Assembly: GCF_003704095.1 (NCBI RefSeq)
Contig: NW_020846532.1
Coordinates: forward strand, 186,001-250,000
Length of the DNA: 64,000 bases
Direction: 5' to 3'
DNA from: Pocillopora damicornis
Taxonomy: Eukaryota
Shown: in pieces, positions 1 to 14,749 of the stretch
Numbering within the stretch: position 1 is the stretch's first letter
How the letters are laid out: the number at the start of each line of letters is the position of its first letter
Program-made: the position numbers and the translations under genes
The notes under the pieces: generated by a model
Databases searched by the model: none
The model's input: the letters and a program-made list of their open reading frames with translations, nothing else
Told to the model about the DNA's origin: nothing

Positions 1-454
1 AACTCCAGCAATGATTTCTTTTTTGTTGTCTAGATGAGGATGGAATGGTGATCACAGTTAAAAAATTCCCGATAATTAGCAAGAAAAAAAATTAGCAGGA
101 GCTGATATATGACAAAATGTGCAAATAGAATAAAAGGCAAATTTTAAGATTAGTCATCCATTAAAAAAAAAAAAAACTATAAAATATATAATTTTATGTG
201 AAGACAGCAAATTCTTGCTGATGAGTTTTATTGTTCTCATCAACTCTTTGAAAGAAAACGCATTGAAACCATGAGGAGAAGTCACAGATTGATCATTTCT
301 GGGAATTAAAAGAAGTAAAGGAGAGAGTGTAAAGTAACTGGAAAACAGTCTTCATGTCTGAATTTAAAAAGAAAACATCTCAGGCCATTGACACATGTAT
401 TTCGCTGGAAAATTCTGAGTAGTAGCTTGAGCATTCTTCGTGACCACACAACAA

Positions 455-640
455 TTAACCCTTTACACCCCAACATCAGTATGCATATTCTCCATACTTT
501 CTCTGTACATTTCTTAAGGTATTGAAAAGGAGAATTTGTTTAACAATCAAGAGTATCTTTAGTTGTTGATCGTTTCCCTTATTCTCATGACCTTAATGTT
601 TTAGTCAGGGGGTGATCTGGTAAGGAGAAATTAGAGGCTA
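455..640. mobile_element. piggyBac-type MITE copy (right end eroded)
   Basis: Starts TTAACCCTTTACACCC; internal AAGGAGAATTTGTTTAACAATCAAGAG shared with other copies. Confidence 0.7.
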
Positions 641-985
641 ACAAATAGATTCCATGTTGCCATGCGGCTGTTCAGTAAACATCACAGATGACATAAAATG
701 TGATAAGAACAAAAAAGGGGCAAACAAGGCGCAGCTATTTGTGTCACTGATGTCCATACCATATTTTGACACCTCCTTTGACCAATTATTGAACAGACCT
801 ATGATAACATGACATCTACGCAATGTTTGTTTTATGTGATAACAAAGTACAATTTTGTTTATGGTGAAGTCATCTGTGCATTTGTACTCCAATAAAACAT
901 AAGTGGGAACCAATCCAATTGTGTGTATAATTCAGCTCATCATGTAAAACTAATTAAAACACAAGTATTGTATATTCAACATTAC

Positions 986-3900
986 CTGGAGACTCGTCAT
1001 TTGGACCAGGGCACAGCTCATTGTCAAATCCACAGTCGGGACGGTCCTTAGGTGCTTTTCTACTTCCCCCCACCCACAGTTTGGTAAAGTTTTTGCGGAA
1101 TACAAGGTGTGGAAAACCTGTCTGGGACCTGTTACCGGACAAATTACCATATTTTATCTGGAAATCTCCAACTTCAACTAAATCTGTCAGAAAAAAAAAA
1201 ATAGAGTATTATTGGCGAGGAAAGAGGAGCAACCAGCTAAGAAAGAAATATGGGTGACATACTGGTTGAGCAAAGTGAAAGTTAACTAAAAGACAGCAGT
1301 AATGTTTTCTTGAGTTCTGCACACATTAAACAATCCTATTTTTAAATTGGACAATTTCAAAATTGTTGCTGATTGTCACAACCATTTCATGTTGCATTGA
1401 TTTTAGAAAAATATTTCTGCGTCAATTGATATCATACACAGAAGTTACAGCATATGTATCATCACTCTGTTGGGCATTATTGTGCATTTGAGACCTTAAA
1501 TAGAAATTTCCAATGGCTAAAATGTATTTTAGCTCACTCACAAGCTTGTGTAACGGTTCAGACCATTTTGTAGTCATTTTTTTTTAGTTCTTATGTTCTC
1601 AATGCACACCAAAGTTATAATTACAGTTATTACATAGAGGTTATGTTCTCGAGCATAAATCTGTTTTCAATCCTTCAGGAAGTCATTTTATCCCTTGCCT
1701 AGCAGCTTGGGCTAAAATGATTCTGAGCTGGGCTCAAAACATATTTAAGCTCACAAACATAAACACTGCTTTTTTTTCTTTAATTGAGACCACAGTTAGC
1801 TTACATGTCTTGCACTTCACTGATAAATTGACACATGCATGCTGTATTCAGCTTAGGCCTATAACTCACCATAGGGATCCTCGCTGTGAGTTGGATTTTT
1901 TCTGACATCTAGCAGAGTCAAGTTGAATTGTGCATCCCCATTGTTATCCAAATGTATTCTGTAACCCTGAATGCCTGTAACAAGTACAAATTGAAGAAAA
2001 ACACCCTAACTTTGACTTCAAAACATTACAGACATTGTTTCAATCATACAGTAAACAGTTTAAACCAAGGAGCAACAGGAAATCCTTTAGTCTGATTATC
2101 CAGGTGAGATCAGTAATGAGAAGGATTGTTGTCAGTGACTACTGTAGCAGCCACTCTATGATGACTTCCACTAAGGTTCTTGAAACATCAGTTTCTATAT
2201 TAGGGCCAACCACCCCCGTCTAACCCACTTTCATCGAGACAATCAAACTATAAGATCAAACGACACATCCCTCTAAACAAAGATTCCCCTATGAAGAGAA
2301 CTCTGTCATGCTGAAATGAATAAAAAATTTTGCAGTTCTGGATTCATCAACATGGAGCAGTCTTTTGTCAAATGTAACAAAACAAAAAGTCCAAGCCAAG
2401 CAGTCCATTCTACCAGAGTGTATCCTGATTTATTCAGCATGAAGCAAGTAGGGGTATTTCTGCCAAGGAGTAATTCATTTTTCATGGAATGCTGATCACT
2501 TTCACCCATCAATAACTTGTCAAATTTTCCTCACAGTTTGCTAAAACCTATCTCTACGTCCACAGATGTAAAGAAGCACTTTTGATGCATCCAAAGTGTT
2601 TGTACTTGAACCTACTGACTGAGTGCAAGTGGCAGAGGTGAAACTACTTTGTTCAAGGTCAGGACCAGCTCAAGACACACTGAGCAGTTGAGAAGACCTT
2701 ATTACTGTTTCTACTAACCATCAAAGGTGTAATCCCGAAGCTGTGCAGATATGTCTGCTCCTGTAGGGGTTCTATTCTGCCCCTCAGATTCTAGAAGGGC
2801 TTGAGATCTGTTCAGTGCTAAGCCAAATTGGTATACAGCATTGTACAGGTACCCAGCATAAATGGGAGGCTGAATAAAAAAATCAAACATTCATTCACAC
2901 CCTACAAGCAGAATAACCATCAGTTTTTTTTTCTATGAAAATAAATTTTTTAACTGAAATGTTAGAAGTTGAAGAGGCACTTCCCTAAGGTGAACTTAGA
3001 TGCAGATAAACTACTCATTCCCTACACTTAAAATGCATGTTTCAAATTGTCTCTATATGAAAAGGAAAACGTTACATGCTTGCTTAACACTTTACACCCA
3101 AACATCAGTGTGCAAATTCTCCTTACTAATCTCTAGAGTATTCCTTAGGTGTTGAAAAGGAGAATCTGTTTAACAGTCATTAGTTTTTTTTTTTTAGTTG
3201 GTGATCATTTGCTTTATTCTTGTGACTTTAATGTGTGATTCAGGGGTGATATTGTAAGGAGAAATTAGATACTAGTCACACTTAGGGGTGAAAGGGTTGA
3301 GGATATGCCCCTGTGTTGATAGCATCTCTCACTCATTCCCCTCACTCACTAATGTAAGAGATCATGCTATTATCACTGGAAGATAAAATTCACATACACA
3401 CAGGCCCTGTATGCATGAGGCTCATGAGCAACAAACCACAGGAGGAAAAAACCATAACTCATGACAAGGACCAAAAGAATGAGATCCCCACAATATTCTT
3501 AACATTTCTATGATGACAGTCTAGCAGAAAAACTTCATATAAATGACACATGTTGCTATGCACTTCCTAGGGAGACACGACAATTATCGTAAAGCAGACC
3601 ATAATCATTTTGTTACATTTCCACCCTCTTATGACAATTTTTAAAGAGACCTAGGATCAATATCAGTATCTGGGCAACTGCCCACCTACCCCTACCCTAA
3701 TCCAACAACAGTCTATTGATAACAAGTTAGGGTTAATGTTGGGTTAGGGGAGGGGTAGGTGGGCAGTTGCTCAGATACTGATATTGATCCAAGACCTACA
3801 GGGAGTGGCAAAAGTTTTGGCACGCACCCTAAACTCCCCCTCTCCCCCATCACAATGTTACCTGGCACTGGTGTTGGCATCAGAAATTGGTCACCACCAG

Positions 3901-6900
3901 GTTACACTGTCTAGGGGAGCAGGGGTGGGTGGAGAAACTTATTGGACATGAATTACAAGATTTCTGCTTTTTATGTTGAGTGGAGGGTTGTCAACCCCTA
4001 TCCAAGGGGAAGTGTGCAAAGTACTTTTGCCACTGATTATTAACATCTTCCAAAAAGATTTCTGCTTATATTTGTACTTACACTGTTTGCAAATGCTGAA
4101 TTTGATTTATTATATGCCATACTAAAGAAAGGACTCTTTGATGTCTTTAGCTTGACTTGAGTCGCAAAATTTTCATAACCACTTCCACGTGGATTCTTCA
4201 CTGCCAAAATAAGTGCTGCCTGCATAGCTTCTGGAATGTAACTTTGACTGATGTTTCTGAAAGAGAAATGTAGACAATCTTGTCTCAGCTTTTTCCACCA
4301 AGAACAACTGATAGATGAATACCTCAAATAGTTCACATCAAGATATCTTTTCAGGAACCTAGCCACTTCTGGGGTCCAAGCTCATTTTTTCAAACATTCA
4401 CCATCAATTATGAAATGGTTGCCTTAAAAAAAAATATTGGTCATACATAAAGTGATAGTACCTTTATTTAGGCAATATATTTAAAAGAATTTATTTACTT
4501 GGAAACCCAACATCAGCTTGCTTCAATTTCGTTTAACTAAATTCTACCAATCCAACACCTCTCATGTCTGTGAAAATGCCCCACAGAATTCAAGAAATGG
4601 TAGTAAAGAATTAAAAAGAAGAAAATAATTATCCTTCATGAACCAACTTAAACTTGCATTACAAAGGGAAAGAATATGCTGATCAAGAATCTGTCAACTA
4701 TACTACACAATGTATACTAATAACATTGACATTACAATAAGGAAAGTGTCACCATCTTTCATCATGAAGAGGGCCGAGACAAAATGAACAACTTTATATT
4801 TAATTGAAATTTCTCTTTTCCTTGACTTCTTTCAAAAATGAAAATTTTTTCTAACTCAAAGTGAAAGTCCCTGACTTTTCCTTGTTATGTGGCAACTATG
4901 CTTTTGGTAAAATGAGTCACAAGGTTATGTTTTACCACCAAACCATAATTTACCTCCAACAATTCTCATTGTATGAGAATAATGAGAATACTGCACTCAA
5001 ACTCATCAGGTAGAACTTGTTGTCTTGATCTACCATCAAATTCTCAAAACTAATTAACAAGGAAGTGTGTAACAGCTAAAGGAGAGAATTAACAATCAGA
5101 TCTTGTGAGTTAAAGTCTGTTAAATACTAACCTTTTTATAGGAATTCGTTGATGGAACCAAAAGAACTTGAGCCTATTGTTTCTTTTCACTGCCAATTGA
5201 TCTAACTCAAATAAGATGAATGCATAGTCTCTACTGATCATTTCTAGCTGCTTCGCAAGGTAGAGAGTCTCCAGACCGATGGTGTAGCTACCAATAACTA
5301 GAACAACTGAAAGATAGAATAGGACAGAAAGTAAAATCTTTGCCTGGTTGTGGAATGAAGAAAGTTGTTCTTTGCTCAGTCATGAGGGCAAAAAAAAAAA
5401 AGAAAAAGTTGAGTTCAAAGTTCACATTACACACAGGAATCAACACCCAGCCCATTACATTTGTATCTCCAATGCTCTGACACTGAGCCAATAACAATAA
5501 AAATAAACTTAATATTTCCCACATTATCCTTACCCTTCACACACCAACATCAGTATGCATAATTCCCTATCATGTTCTCTATTAATTTCCAGTTTTGTCG
5601 ACAAGGAGAATTTTTTCAACAGTCAAGAGCTTCTGGAGTGGGTGGTCATTTTTTTGTACTCTCAAAAAGCCCCAAAAGCACAACACTATGATCTGGCTAC
5701 ATCTGGAGCCCAGAAGCAGAGATATAAGAACTAACGTAACACCTGACTCTACCAATCATGAGTCAAACGACTTACTGCGTGCTTTCCTTTTGAGCTTTTC
5801 CAGTGCATCACGAAACTGTGCCTCATGTTTACTGTCATAAAGCACGGGGTTCACGGTTGTGTATTCCATTGCTACATCTATTCTCTCTTTTTCAAATTCC
5901 TCCATAAGGTAGTCTTTCAAATCCATCCATTTTGTTGTATTCTGAACAATGATAGCGACTCTAGTCCAATTGTAGGTATATTTTAAGAGACTGATGATAC
6001 TGGGAGCAACTTGATTGTCAACAGCAAAAGTGCGAGAGAATGTGGGGAATTTCTTTTTAATAGATAGCTCTGCAGCACTGCACATCTAAAAAAAAAAAAA
6101 AAAAGACTGCAGAATGAATACATTGACCCTTCAACTCCCATGAATGACCAGGACAGAATTTTTCCTTACAATATCAATACAATATCAACCAGTAAGTGAT
6201 GAGAATAAAGAAAAATATCAAGTTAGGGATAATTAGTTGATCCAATACTAAATTCTCAGAACTAACGTTTCAAGAATTGTATGGTTAACAGTAAGGAGAA
6301 TTACAAATTTGATCTGGGAGTTAAAGGGTTAACCAGCAAACAGGTAAAGAGAATACTCAAACTTATTCCATAGAATTTGTTACTTTGATTTCACACCAAA
6401 TTCTCATAACTAATTTACAAGGAAATGTGTAGTAGCTGGAGGGGAGAATTAACAATCAGATCCTGGGAGTTAATAGGTTAAGTTGTTAAACTCTTGCTCT
6501 CATGACCTAAATACCCATTCTTCACACTGTGTGCCAAATATAACTTATACTTTTATCGCTGAAATGTGGCGTTAAAATCAAACAGTATCCCCAAGTTAAT
6601 ATTTTTCTTTTGTCTCATGCCTTCTCTAAATGGTAATATATTCATTTGATACACTCCATATAAAACTCATATTATTTTAATTATCCCTTGGTAATAAAGG
6701 AACAGTGAAGATTAACATTTTTCATTCTAACATAAGTATCTATATTTTCCAAACTCTTATGTACAAATTCCCTTTGATACTAACAGGGAGAATTGGTTTC
6801 ATAATCAAAGCTTCTTAAGATGGCGATCATTTCCTTTATTCTCATAAACTTAAAGACTGATTCAGCAGTATTACTGTGAGGAAAAATTAGATACTGGTCA

Positions 6901-9900
6901 CTCTTGGGGTTTAAAGGGTTAGGGAATTCAATAATTGATTATTATTATACAATTTTAGAGCAAGGGGTGAGGTAAGCAGAATTTTTAAATTTTATTATAT
7001 GAAAGCTAATATCCAAAGATTTTATATCAACAAGTTGTATAACTGTAATATTTTAATAGTCCTTTCCTCAATCTTGAAAGTAACAGGTTAAAAGGAAATC
7101 ACTCACATGCACTTTGATAGCAGGTACAGTCATCACTTCATATGATGACTTGATCATAAAGTTAAAACCACTGTAGTTGATACATCAACACTGGCTTAAA
7201 TTCTGAAGTCCTCAGATCTCACAAAATTTATTTCTTTCTGAAAACCTTGAAGGCTAGTCAAACCACTTTTCATGAAAAAAAAAACTGACTTTGCTATTTG
7301 CTTTACTCTCATATCAACAGCTGTTCATGGGATATACATGTACTTCAAAAAGCTCTGAAAAAATTCACCAAACAAGGATCTCATATAGCACAGCTTTAGA
7401 CAAAGATAATTTTGAATTCTCTTGGAGATTTAATATACAAGTTATTCACAACAGAAGCTGCAAATTAAACCACCAAACAATAAAGAACACAGTTCAATAG
7501 ACTAAGTAACCAAATTAGCTCCTTGAATTTGCTAATCTTATGAAGTTTCATTTTAAGACAGCACATGTTGTTTAGTGCCAAAAAAGATGTATTTATATTA
7601 TACAGAATCACTGAATTTCTTAGCAGGGGGTTAATGCAATACCACTATTCATACAAAAACTAAGACATTGTAAATTTGAGCAATTTGGCATTGTCACTCT
7701 GCCCATAACAAGTCACATTGTCTTTATATCCTTAATAATAAAAGTGAGTAATTTCTTCCAGTGGGGTTTAGCGTATTTAACCTGGTTATAAATTTTTAAT
7801 TTTGGTAGCGATTTCCCAGATGGATCTATTGATCTTCACAGCTCCTTTAGGCTCACACAGCAATATTCAATAATTAATCATTTTTGAAATGAATATCAAC
7901 AGTGAGTTAAATTTTGCATCAAGACTGGCACAAATGGTCAAGCTTGTAAAAACCGTGTTGATAATGTAAAGACTCAACATGACTTTTTTCACAGTTATTT
8001 CAAGTTAATTGCAAACTTCACAATAACAAGAAAATTTTGTAATTTGAGCCAACAAAAATACTCAATTTGGTTTTAAGCTCATATGGAGTGCCAAACCCTT
8101 GACAAGCGGCTGGAATTAATTCAAATCTGTGAGCATCCAAGATTTATACATTTCCATTACAAAATTTTAGAGAGTGAAAGAGTGTTTCTTGTAAGCTTGA
8201 AATTTCTCACAAATATTCAAAAGAATTTTAAAAAGAAAGAAAGAAAATGGCTCCCTCAATTGAAACAAAGCTCCTGTCAAGGATTTGACCTACACATAGG
8301 CACAGAATTTGCATCCTCCAAAATTTCAAGCGTGGAATAATAAATGTAGAGTGCAATATTTTCCGGTTCGATGAAAACCAGTCTGGAATAATCCAGAAAA
8401 TGGAAAAATACACAGCTGAGTGGAATTTAAAACTTTAAATTAAAACAAAAGTAAATCATAATGCAAGACACATGTCACAATACTTATGTATAGTTTATAG
8501 CACCATGCACTTCCCTTGTTTCAGCCCAACCACAAAACAATCTTGGCTAAAAGTCTACATGAAAACATCGGGAAGCTATTCAAATCAAGAGGTATTAGAG
8601 CATTCCGACTCCAACTCAAGTAGCTAAGACCACAAGTATGTTTTCATAACTAATGCTTCTCGCTGATGTTCTCAGCAATAAATGTCAGACTAAAAAATCA
8701 AAACAGCTTTTGAAGTTAAGAATATTAAAGAACTGAGTGTTGAGCTGAGAATACCAAGCAATGTATTTGCTGAATCACTGCTTAAAAATAGTTTCAACAT
8801 AAACGATGTCATATCTTTTCTCTCCTTTTGAAATAACACGAATTTCCATTTAGCAAATTAATGGTACATGGAGGAAATGATAGGAAATAACAAGTTCTCT
8901 TCTCCCCGCATTTTGATGTTTGTTCGTTTGTTTGAATGTAACTTCCCAGCTTAAAAGGAAATTGTCAACTTGAAGTATCATCTCGTAAATGCCAAACAGA
9001 TAAAACCACTTCTGAAACGTAACCCGGAGTAACCGCCACGTGAATCACAACAGAAACACAAATCACATTTACTTTTAAGTTGTTTACACCTCATAAGCGA
9101 AAGAGGGCGATCTTAAACAGAGGTATGGAACAGTGGGATGAGTTCGCAACCAGTGTGTGAGAAACGCACAGCACCTCAGGCGTTTCTTTTGAACTGGAGA
9201 CAAACGCGTTACGAATACAAACAAATGAAACAAGGGAGTTTAGATCAAAAACAGCGGGTTCGGAAATGTGCACGAAAGTAATATTGACAGCCGAAAACCC
9301 TTTTAAAACCTTATTGTCAAATAGAAAGTGAGTAATATATATATTTGCACAAATGAGGCCAAAATTTCTTTTCTTCGCAGCGAGGAAGTAAGCTTTATAC
9401 CAATAAAATCACACAGAGTTTGAATGTGGCACCGGTAAACGAATAATTCAAAATGGTAATAGTTCAAATTTGCGACAATCTTTGCGACGCGGTGGTGTTT
9501 TGCGAGGATTTAATGAAAGAAGGATTTCATGATAAAATGATTGACACTGCCCTTTCTCATGCCAAGTTTAGTTAACTTCACCGCATATCTTGAATGTGCA
9601 TCTCACTTTTAATCGAATGAACGATGAAATTGAGCGGCAGTTGCTTGCAGTGATCCTGCTGAAAGGGACTATTCTTCGAATTACGGAACACGATGAAATA
9701 TTCAGGAAGCTCAAATAGAACAAAAACTGAGCAATTAGCGATGTTTTGAATACGAACGTTAAGGGCGAAGAGGCAGCTGGTAAACTGAAATCAGTTAGAA
9801 ACTGACTCGAAGCCAACTGACAAACTAGTGATTCCCTTACGAGAGGAGGTCTACGTGATTTCTCTAGAAAAGCGCATAATAACAAACTTATATAAAACTA

Positions 9901-10379
9901 CAAAACTCAAGACCAAACATCACAATAAAACATAATGAAAATATCATAAAATTCAGAACATGAGAAGACATGATACTTACAAACGAGATTATGGACATGT
10001 TGAAAGCCGCCGCGTTCCTGGCAGCAGTTTGACAATTACATCCAGGCCCTATGAACGCTTGAACTCCAGAATTAATTTGATTTAACTGCTCGTAGACAGC
10101 AATCAATTCATCGCACTTGGTGTCTTTCCATACAAATGTAACATTATAATCGGCCAAAATCGTTGGATCCGCATTTAATCTCTCCACCGCGATTGTCATA
10201 GCCGCTGCGAAAGATTCTCCCTTATTAAAGTCGTGTTCGAAATGTGGAATCACCGTAGAATATGGTATGAGAAGACCCAATTTGTACTCCTTTTTCTCCG
10301 CCAACGTTAAATAGTTTATCATTATGAGAAAAACAATAAACACTGCGGTGGACGCCATAACTCCTGTAAACACAGTCAT
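986..10379 (-). CDS. Receptor guanylyl cyclase / natriuretic peptide receptor-like, extracellular half (3' part lies beyond the left edge of the window)
   Basis: GT-AG exons join in frame: 10379-9981, 6085-5776, 5306-5132, 4256-4082, 2869-2719, 1974-1870, 1183-986. N-terminal hydrophobic signal, ANF-receptor ligand-binding motifs (WKDTKCDE, AFIGPGCNC, FPTFSRT, YNWTRVAII, AGYLYNAVY, GYRIHLDNNGDA) and the juxtamembrane Cys pair PKDRPDCGFDNELC. TM, kinase-homology and cyclase domains are not in the window. Confidence 0.88.
2090..2251 (+). mobile_element. Decayed copy of a second hammerhead-bearing short element family (intronic)
   Basis: ACTCTATGATGACTTCCACTAAGGTTCTTGAAACATCAGT at ~2153-2192 resembles CTGATGA...GAAACGTC. 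A related tail fragment lies at ~35495-35560. Confidence 0.45.
3084..3300. mobile_element. piggyBac-type MITE copy
   Basis: TTAACACTTTACACCC ... GGGGTGAAAGGGTTGA termini; similar to 455-640 and 30093-30297. Confidence 0.75.
3654..3790. mobile_element. Hairpin MITE with long TIRs
   Basis: GGATCAATATCAGTATCTGGGCAACTGCCCACCTACCCCT is near-perfectly inverted at the right end. Flanks GAGACCTA / AAGACCTA. Confidence 0.85.
6123..6481. mobile_element. piggyBac-type MITE (6123-6332) plus an abutting partial copy of a sister family (to 6481)
   Basis: TTGACCCTTCAACTCCC ... GGGAGTTAAAGGGTTAA; close match to 56022-56232. Second part matches 34977-35122. Confidence 0.8.
6712..6921. mobile_element. piggyBac-type MITE copy
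   Basis: Ends CACTCTTGGGGTTTAAAGGGTTA; internal similarity to the other copies. Confidence 0.65.
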
Positions 10380-13300
10380 GGCACAGACGATTCTGAGATG
10401 GCTTTGGAGGCGAGAGCTATGCACAAGCGATCGAAGACATCGACGGATCCATCTCTATACGATAAATAAAACTCATCCGAGAAACCAAATGTTTTATCCA
10501 GATGATAAAAATTTCCACAACCCTTTGCGGTTAGAAATTCTAATAAAACTATCCACGACTATCCAGAGTTGTGGTCTCAGCCAGGTTACAATCGTCGATC
10601 AATACTCCCTGTAAATTTTTAACACAATAACAATATGGATGGCTTGTCCAAGCAGTTAAAGCAACCCAGTTAAGTTTGACAGATCAACAGTTTGATTATC
10701 CATATTTCCATACTTTCAGTCCGATACTGACATTGAGAGGGCGGCTTCAACTGTACCTGACTGTCTGACTTCTCAGAGAGTTACGGTCCAATGTCCCAGC
10801 CGGTTGGGTTCATTTGAAAGGCATCCTGGTTTGGCAGCCTCATGAATAATACAAAATTTTTACTTCGTTAGCAACAAGACGGCATTACACTGCGCTGCGA
10901 ATCTTTTCCAGCCACACAGCAGCAGAAATTCAACGAGAACTTTACCAAATGAACTCCCTTCTACCTGCAGAAAACAACAAATCAAGAGAGGTCTAATCTA
11001 CCACTATGGTAATCTTGTTCAGACCAGTTCCAACTGTAAATAGACCGCAATCCCTTGGGAGCCGATGAGACGAACACTTCATTACGAAAACACTAGGAAA
11101 ACAAAGACATCGAGATTATATTGGTCTTTGAAGATTCGAGAACGAAATGCCAGATTTTAAGCGGCAAGAATGACACTTTGTTTTTATTTTTAAAATACAT
11201 GTACTTTGCTGTAGTAGAGAATTTTCTGGCTCAAATCAAATATGACGGATCGTGTTGAGATATTTCAACCTGCTGTGATCGCATACTTTACAAAAATTTC
11301 GCATTATTTTCATAACGTTTTTAAATAGCAGATTATAATCTACATGGTTGAAAAGAAAGAAAATTGCACGTATTTTAATTTGCGACATATGGCAATATTC
11401 CAGAAATAATGTTCATTGTTCTTACATGTTCCAAATCTCTGCCGATCAGTTTCCCGCCAAAAAGTCTAAGAGCTGCTCATTTGAAAGTAGTGAAAGAGAA
11501 ATTGCTATTTACAACAATTGGAAATAGACGGATGATGCAAAGAGAGACAGGAATCATCTCATACAGATGGCCGAGGAAAATTGGTAAAAATACCTAACCA
11601 ACCGGCTCCTTTTAACTTACAAGGCTACAATTAAGAAAAGTTAGCGTCTTCCCTGACAAGGAAACTGGTATTTATCGATCGTGAAAGAAAAAGGAAAGAA
11701 ATGAGATTATACAGATTAATTTCCTGAATAACCTTTATCCATCCGAGACTATTTATTTTCCTCAGCAGGACACGCTTACTAGAACCCATATAAATTTTCA
11801 CCTTCTAATTGAATTTCCTGCAGATTTTTTACCATTTACCACCTGATCATTTCATTTCTAAATTTAAATCACCTTTCCAACCTGTTTCCGTTTGTTGAAA
11901 GATCGATCAGTCCATAATCACAATAGTGAAAAGCCCTAAAGCTTTAAAAAAGATTACTGATCTCTCCGTATGGCGATCAAACGTTTAATCACATCTCTGA
12001 TTCGCGCTTTTATTTATTTGTTGTTGTCTACTGAGATTCTTTAACATTTGAAAAAATGGCTTCAATGTGATCATTTGAGAGCTATATAGGTGAAAAGCTA
12101 CTCTGTTTATGCCTCTACGGTTCAACGGAACCTTTGAGCCAGCAATAAATGATATGCTATCTTTATTTTGAGGCATTGCTAAATGATGCCTTAGGTTTTT
12201 AGCGCCAACATGAAGAGAAACTTGCTTATCCGGAAATTACCTGCGAAACAAGCTTTTCTTGACAACAACCTCAGAATCAATGATGGTCAGATAAGTTTCA
12301 AGCAGAACAAACCCACAAAAGCGGTTCTGGTCTGCAAAAATGAAAAATAAATAAATAACCAAAGGAAAATTTTTTATTACACGTTAGCAGTGGCATTGGC
12401 AGCCGAGAAACGTGTAAGATTGTTTCTTGTAAGCGATTTGTTAACTGTTTTTCATTGTTAAAGCATGTTTCTGTTTATATAGCCGGTGAAGTTCGGCTCT
12501 TTGATAATGGTGATTGGTAAACAAAACCCACTGAGATCGTTTGTGCGAAAATATAACCACCCGAGAACTGAAAAAAAAAACTGTCTGCACGCAAGATTGC
12601 AGCGAAGGCGGTGAAAATTTGTAACAATGTACAATTTACTTCAATAAGTGCGTGTAAGACCGGATGATGGCTACGTTCGGGAATGGTCTTGTCAAAATGA
12701 ACGAAGGAAACGAGGCATTAATATAGACAGGAAAAAGCACGATAACACTCTCATGGCTGTTTAATACAAGATAGAGTCCCACTGTAAGTTTCGTTTTTTT
12801 ACCGATATCGATGCGGCCTTCGCGTTTCGATTGATAAAATTCGAGACCCACGAAAAAAGATATGTTTACAGTAGTTATAATTACGTCGCGTTTCATACCG
12901 AGAAAATAGCAGTTTTTCCCCTGCTTTTGTCTCACCGCTTCTAGTTGTCGATCAAACGCTTTATTTTGAATCAAGCTCCCATTCAGTTAATCTCAAGGAA
13001 CTAATTTTATTTTTGTCTGAGTGTAGTAGATAAATCTTGAAACGAAATCTTAGCTGAGCTGCAACCGCGTTCAGATCCCCAAGTTTAGCTAACAGAATGT
13101 ACTTCAAACTTTGGCTTCTAGTAATTTTGGTATTAAAAATAATTTACTAGCAATAAGTACAAAGGCACCAAAATAATTAAATATTATTAACAGTAAAATC
13201 ACAGTTACTAAACATCCCGCAACCCAGATTGCGTTGTAAACAATGATCGTAGACAACATCTATGGGTGTTGCTCGGCTGATCAATTTTAATTTACGCGTT

Positions 13301-14749
13301 TGTACAAAAACTGTATCTGTTTTTAGTATTTTTAATATTCAAGTCAAAGACCACCCCAGAGCTCAGTGAAAAACACAAATTACTGCAACAAAAGTATTTC
13401 CTATATACAACAGCACGCCAGAAAAAGGTAAATTTGATGTCAATGGTTGTCTAGCGAAAACGTCCGTTTATACAAACGCGAAATTTAGTAAAGAGAATAT
13501 CGATCCGAATCGACAATTCTGTGATCGAAAATGTTTTTTGATTTTCTCATTAAGATCTTGTAATATTCCGGAGTGATACTAAATCATATCGAACCGTAAT
13601 CCAACCTTTGAATTTGGATGTGATAAACATTTTAGTGATAAAACTCAATCTTAATTTAATGCAACAGCTTCGAGCATAATTTGCATTTTAGTTCTTCACA
13701 TATTACTGCAACAATCAACATTTTGAAGTGCTTTTTGACGTGCCAAGTGAGCGGTTTCCCATTCTCGTTATGGGTAAAATCAAGCGGAATTTCATCTCGT
13801 GCGTTGAGAAAAAGGAGTTTGACTGACTAGAACAAGGAAATTAAAATTAATGACAGGAGGAAAAAAATTTATCGGCGAAAATCAGAAGCTGAGTTGGTAC
13901 GTTGAAATATAACGAGAATATAGTTAACACAATAAACAATTCTTGGTGAGTTGTTCGAAATACAATTTGCCTGGAGAGCTTCTAAATCGACATGGAATGG
14001 TCGTTGATTACTGCTCACCTTTTCACGATTTGAACACTCAGTAGTTGTTAGCAATTACACGGTTTAGAACGTAAAATTTCGTTTAAAGAAAATTCTTAAT
14101 AGTCTGTTTACATGGAAAATCTGGCATAAAATACACAGGGAGATCGGACGGGAATTATTGCTGACGTACTCGAAATCGAGGGCCGACTTACGAAAATGAA
14201 ACATCTTTTGCGAAGACGATTGTTTTTGTCCTCGTAAACCTAAACTCTTCTGTTTATATGCCTAGAATGAAACACTGGTGATTCCTTTTCACTTACATTC
14301 TACTTAAAAAAAATATGTTACAGTGCATACTCCTTGATGAAATTTGATTGTAACTATCGTAAAGACAACGGGGCTAAATATTGTAAAACAAAACTCACCA
14401 GAAATTGTGAATATTTTTGATGAACGCGAAGGTGATCGATCGTACAGCCTTCAAAATCAAGTTTTTTACGGAAATGCGCTCGATTGCCCCGCGTTCTTGT
14501 GTAAATCCGTCGTGTATCTTAGTAGCGAAGAGTCGGCTCCCTTCAGATCAATATGTATGTAATTACCCGGCGTTTGAAACATCTGCTTGGCTTGTTACTG
14601 ATCGGCAACGCTTTTGCACGTCAGCTGAATTTTCATTATAACCGCGTACGACTTTATCCCAGCCTGACTAGTGTAATCTAATTTAACGATTAGGGCCAAT
14701 TAAAGAGCGATTCATGTTCTTGTGATTGATAGCTGTCAATTATTGATCA

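Noticed and set aside
3720-3765. TTAGGG motifs as interstitial telomere
   Set aside because: Only two isolated copies, and they are part of the MITE arm.
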